This document shows positions 60,574 through 64,000 of a DNA stretch of 64,000 bases, piece after piece. Source of the DNA: a bacterium (lineage in GTDB: Bacteria > Verrucomicrobiota > Kiritimatiellia > RFP12 > UBA1067); the NCBI GenBank assembly GCA_037133395.1, contig JBAXOG010000005.1, positions 985 to 64,984 on the forward strand, read 5' to 3'. Positions within the stretch are counted from its first letter, which is position 1, and the number at the start of each line of letters is the position of its first letter. Below the pieces are notes generated by a model. That model was given only the letters and a program-made list of their open reading frames with translations, was not told the origin of the DNA and did no database searches. The translations under genes and the position numbers were made by a program.

Positions 60574-62925
60574 ATGTTTATGCTACAACGTGGGTTATGT
60601 TTGGTCGTTCTATTTGTGGTTGGAACGGCTTTTGGCGAAACGGTCAAAAAAGTGACGGTACGTGCGTTAGATAAATTTGGTACTGATGCCACGGACGTGT
60701 TGCAATATTGTAGCGTGAAAGAAGGTGATTCGTGTTCTCAGGAAGAGCTGACCAAGGGGCTCTCGAAAGATGTGCGGACGCTTTTGGATACCGAGCGCTT
60801 TGAAGATGTGAGCGCAGAGGTGGAAACCGGTTTCTCGGACGGCATTCATGTTATTTATTCCGTTAAGCGTCGTTATCGCTTCCAGGAACCCATTTCGATC
60901 CGTGGAAACGACTATATGAGCGAAAGCAAGGTCCGGAAGTATGCTGAGTTGAAAAACGGCGATCCCATCGATGAACAAATCTTGGCCTCGAAAGTCAGTA
61001 AAATCCGCGACGAATATATCAAGCGCTATTATCGGAATATCAAGGTCAGTGTGGTGATGGAGCCGATGACAAACAGTGTGGGTTCTGCTCAAGTCACTCT
61101 GATTATCAATGAAGGCGCACGCGAGAAGATACACGCTTTTAAGTTTCTCGATAACCCGTCGATTGACGCGGAAGAGCTGCGTTATTCCTTCGGTGACCTG
61201 CCGTGGTATGATCCGCGTGGATGGTTCAGTGAAAACATTGTGACGGAACAGGCACTGGAAGATGCCCGCCAGCAGGCCGAAGACGTGTATCAGAACAAGG
61301 GATTCTTAGATGCAACGGTCGCCTCACCGGTGTCGAAAAAAGTGGGCGATGAAAAAGTCGATATGATTTTTAAGGTGACGGAAGGCGATTCCTATACGAC
61401 GGAATCCACGGCCATTCGCGGCGTGAAGCTCTTCCCGGAAAACGATGTGCTGGCAGGTTCCCGTATGAAGAAGGATATGGTCTGCGGACGTCAAGCCGTG
61501 AACGACGCAGCAAAGGATATCCAGGACTATTATGGTTCACGCGGGTATGTGGATACTGTGGTGCGCCCGTTAATCGATCCTGTGCCCGGTCGCCCAGGTC
61601 GTGCGATGATTACGTTTGAGGTGCACGAAGGGCAGCTTGCGTATATTCGTAATGTGGTGATTCGCGGCAACAACGAAACCAAGGACAAAGTGATCCGTCG
61701 CGAAGTCCTCGTCAGTCCGGGTGAAATCTTGAATGAGGTCCGCGCAGAGCGTAGTGAAGCGCGTCTGAAAAATTTGGGTTATTTCTCGGAAGTGCGTCAC
61801 TATAACGAAAAGACCGATGACCCCGGCAAGCGCGATCTGGTGTATGAAGTGAAGGAACAGCGTACCGGCAACTTCATGGTGGGGCTGGGTATTTCGACGG
61901 TGGACAGTATCTTCGGATATGGCGAAATTTCGCAGAGCAACTTCGACATTTTAAACTGGCCGAATTTCAAGGGTGCCGGACAAAAGGCTCGCATGGGTGT
62001 TGAGTATGGTCCGCGTCGTCAAACAGCGGAAGCTTCTTGGACCGAACCTTGGCTCTTCAATCGTCCGTTGGCGCTCACCGTTGAAATGTATCGCCGGATG
62101 CGCTGGTTTGACCAGTATGATGAAACGCGCACAGGTGCAAATGTTGGCCTCTCCTATCCGGTGCTGGTGGGCCGTCTGGGGTTCCGTTATACCCTCGAAC
62201 AAGTGGAAATGGATGATGTGAAGAACGGCGAATGGTTTAATGATCCGAACGTCCTTCATGCGCCTGGTACGGGTAAGAATTTTTGGAAGGATCAGGAGAA
62301 TGAGTACAGCGGCAATCTTAATAGCATCGGCCGTATCTATTGGTCAACCGATACGCGTGACCAGGCCTTTGTTCCGACCCGCGGGTATCAGTCCATGATT
62401 TTTGGCGATCTCTCGGAAGGGTTTCTCGGAGAAAACGAGTTTTATCGCGTCGGGCTTTCACATCGCCACTGGTTTGCCATGCCGTGGTGGAAGCATGTGC
62501 TGAGTTTGCGTGGCCGTGCTGAAACCGTGGATGCTTATAGCGGTGAACTGCCGGTCTACGAGAGTCTTTTCCTGGGCGGTCCGCGCACGATTCGCGGCGT
62601 AGAATATCGTGGCATGGGCCCAAAAATCTTTGCTGACAACAGCGACCATTATTCGACGACCGGCGGTAAGTCGCTCATTATGGCCACGGCGGAATATACG
62701 ATCCCGGTATTCAAAGCTGTTCGGCTGGCGGTCTTTACGGATGCAGGTTCTTTGGGAGATGATGCGTTTGGTAAGGGCATGAACGGTGTGTGTGTTGCCG
62801 CAGGTGTGGGCTTACGCATTGATATTCCCGGCTTCCCGATTCGCTTCGACTTGGCCAAGCCCTTTATTACGGATGATGACTACACGAATGAAGAGATCTT
62901 CTCGTTCTCAATTGGTTTTGAATAA
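60574..62925 (+). CDS. bamA: Outer-membrane protein assembly factor BamA (Omp85 family)
   Basis: The ORF track gives 60541 (TTG). ATG 60574 gives MFMLQRGLCLVVLFVVGTAFG. It has repeated POTRA-like units (e.g. I.I.GN......VIRRE....G...N) and a C-terminal barrel with LFLGGPRTIRG, ending FSFSIGFE. It is followed by ompH/skp and lpxD, the canonical arrangement. Confidence 0.85.
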   Translation: MFMLQRGLCLVVLFVVGTAFGETVKKVTVRALDKFGTDATDVLQYCSVKEGDSCSQEELTKGLSKDVRTLLDTERFEDVSAEVETGFSDGIHVIYSVKRRYRFQEPISIRGNDYMSESKVRKYAELKNGDPIDEQILASKVSKIRDEYIKRYYRNIKVSVVMEPMTNSVGSAQVTLIINEGAREKIHAFKFLDNPSIDAEELRYSFGDLPWYDPRGWFSENIVTEQALEDARQQAEDVYQNKGFLDATVASPVSKKVGDEKVDMIFKVTEGDSYTTESTAIRGVKLFPENDVLAGSRMKKDMVCGRQAVNDAAKDIQDYYGSRGYVDTVVRPLIDPVPGRPGRAMITFEVHEGQLAYIRNVVIRGNNETKDKVIRREVLVSPGEILNEVRAERSEARLKNLGYFSEVRHYNEKTDDPGKRDLVYEVKEQRTGNFMVGLGISTVDSIFGYGEISQSNFDILNWPNFKGAGQKARMGVEYGPRRQTAEASWTEPWLFNRPLALTVEMYRRMRWFDQYDETRTGANVGLSYPVLVGRLGFRYTLEQVEMDDVKNGEWFNDPNVLHAPGTGKNFWKDQENEYSGNLNSIGRIYWSTDTRDQAFVPTRGYQSMIFGDLSEGFLGENEFYRVGLSHRHWFAMPWWKHVLSLRGRAETVDAYSGELPVYESLFLGGPRTIRGVEYRGMGPKIFADNSDHYSTTGGKSLIMATAEYTIPVFKAVRLAVFTDAGSLGDDAFGKGMNGVCVAAGVGLRIDIPGFPIRFDLAKPFITDDDYTNEEIFSFSIGFE

Positions 62926-62971
62926 TGGATGTTCGCAAACAGCTTAAGGTGGCTGTTGCAGAAAGGTTACA

Positions 62972-63568
62972 ATGAAGGTTACTCGTTTGATGATCGCGGT
63001 CATGTTGACCGCCATGATGGGATTCGCACAGGAAAAGATTGTTGTTGTTAATATGATTGATTTAATTCGATATCATCCGAATCGTGAACGCGATCGCAAG
63101 TTGATGACGGATACAGAAAAGGAATATCAGGAGAAGTTGGATAAGCGCCGCGAGCGGTTCGAGCAACTTCGTGACGAATTTGAACGCGTCGCCAAGGAGG
63201 CGCGTAATCCCGCGTTGAGCGATAAGGCGCGTTCTGAAGCTGAAACCAAAGCGCTGAAGCAGCGTGATGTGGTTTCGGAAGCTGAACGCGATCTGCGCCA
63301 AGAGGCTCAGAAGCTTCAACGCGAACTCGCAGATCTGGATACCCGTCTGTTGCGTCAGGTCACGGGCGAAATCCGGGAGACCATTACGAAGTATGCCAAG
63401 GACACAAAGAGTACGCTTGTGATGGACGCTTCAACGCTGGCCTATTCGGATCCGAAGATGGATGTGACCGACGATGTGCTCAAACGGATGGGTATTGACC
63501 CAAAGGTCCGCAAGGAAGCTAAGGAAGAGGCCGAAAAGAAGGCAGCAGCGGCCACATCCAAAAAGTAA
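62972..63568 (+). CDS. OmpH/Skp-family periplasmic chaperone
   Basis: 198 aa with a signal peptide and a long K/E/R/Q-rich coiled-coil region. It sits between bamA and lpxD. Confidence 0.7.
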   Translation: MKVTRLMIAVMLTAMMGFAQEKIVVVNMIDLIRYHPNRERDRKLMTDTEKEYQEKLDKRRERFEQLRDEFERVAKEARNPALSDKARSEAETKALKQRDVVSEAERDLRQEAQKLQRELADLDTRLLRQVTGEIRETITKYAKDTKSTLVMDASTLAYSDPKMDVTDDVLKRMGIDPKVRKEAKEEAEKKAAAATSKK

Positions 63569-63572
63569 CCTC

Positions 63573-64000
63573 ATGATCATGCGTGCACAAGACCTTGCTG
63601 ATAAACTGTCGGGACAACTCGCGGGCGACGGATCTGTTGAGATCGTCTCGATGTCCAGTCTGAGCGAAGCTCGCACAGGCGATATTAGCTTCTTTACGGA
63701 TTCAAAGTATGGTAAACAGCTCGCCGCCACAAAGGCGAGTTGTGTCTTGGTGGCGCGCGATTGGGCAGGGGAGTGTCCTGCAGCGGCTATTATCCGCGTG
63801 GAGAGTCCCAATGCGGCATTTGCTCAAGTGGGTGCTTGGTATGCTCCGTCACCTGTTGTGCGCAAGCCAGGCGTACATCCTACAGCGATCATCGGCGAAC
63901 AGGTTCAGCTCGGCCAGGACGTGCACGTGGGCGCCTATACGGTCATTGAGGATCATACGACCATTGGTGATCACTGCGTCATTGAAGCGCAGGTTTTTAT
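63573..64000 (+). CDS. lpxD: UDP-3-O-acylglucosamine N-acyltransferase LpxD, 5' part (runs off the window)
   Basis: Not in the ORF track because no stop is reached. ATG 63573 gives MIMRAQDLADKLSGQLAGDGSVEIVSMSSLSEARTGDISFFTDSKYGKQLAATKASCVLV..., then GVHPTAIIGEQVQLGQDVHVGAYTVIEDHTTIGDHCVI (start of the hexapeptide repeat). Synteny with bamA and skp supports the call. Confidence 0.8.
   Translation, partial: MIMRAQDLADKLSGQLAGDGSVEIVSMSSLSEARTGDISFFTDSKYGKQLAATKASCVLVARDWAGECPAAAIIRVESPNAAFAQVGAWYAPSPVVRKPGVHPTAIIGEQVQLGQDVHVGAYTVIEDHTTIGDHCVIEAQVF

Overview
This 64-kb window is coded almost entirely on the plus strand. It looks like a glycan-degradation supercluster from a Gram-negative genome, probably of the PVC type (Verrucomicrobiota, Kiritimatiellota or Lentisphaerota). 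That taxonomic guess rests only on gene content and repeat style and was not checked against any database.

**Content**
- Five large autotransporter-associated beta-strand-repeat (PATR-type) surface proteins, one of them cut by the window start.
- About a dozen carbohydrate-active enzymes: two GH106-like paralogues, GH95, two GH127/DUF1680, one GH43, two SGNH acetylesterases (one fused to a GH43-superfamily domain), four right-handed beta-helix proteins and one Cys-type S1 sulfatase.
- One LacI-family regulator.
- Two roughly 1330-aa paralogous multidomain proteins: carbohydrate-binding module, beta-propeller, two CxxCH haem-c motifs and an FGE-fold domain.
- Small AT-richer accessory cassettes inserted between the glycan genes: two AbiEii-type nucleotidyltransferase pairs, a DUF4160/DUF2442 pair and an AAA/DUF4143 ATPase.
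- The housekeeping bamA - ompH/skp - lpxD cluster at the 3' end.
- No rRNA, tRNA, CRISPR array, transposase or integrase was recognised.

**Most interesting signals**
1. A gene module occurs twice in tandem: PATR protein, then beta-helix enzyme(s), then a translationally coupled giant di-haem/FGE-fold protein.
2. Four PATR genes share a promoter architecture with a palindrome (TTTACGTAAA in three, a 9/10 variant TTTACGTAAG in the fourth) placed exactly 12 nt upstream of the -35 element.
3. All five PATR proteins end in the same ultra-short motif, PP[KR]GT[ML][IV][RQ][IF][FL]-stop.
4. Several families of structured intergenic repeats show compensatory arm changes.
5. Three accessory insertions are each flanked by long direct duplications of local sequence.

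All family assignments come from motif recognition by eye and need HMM or BLAST confirmation.
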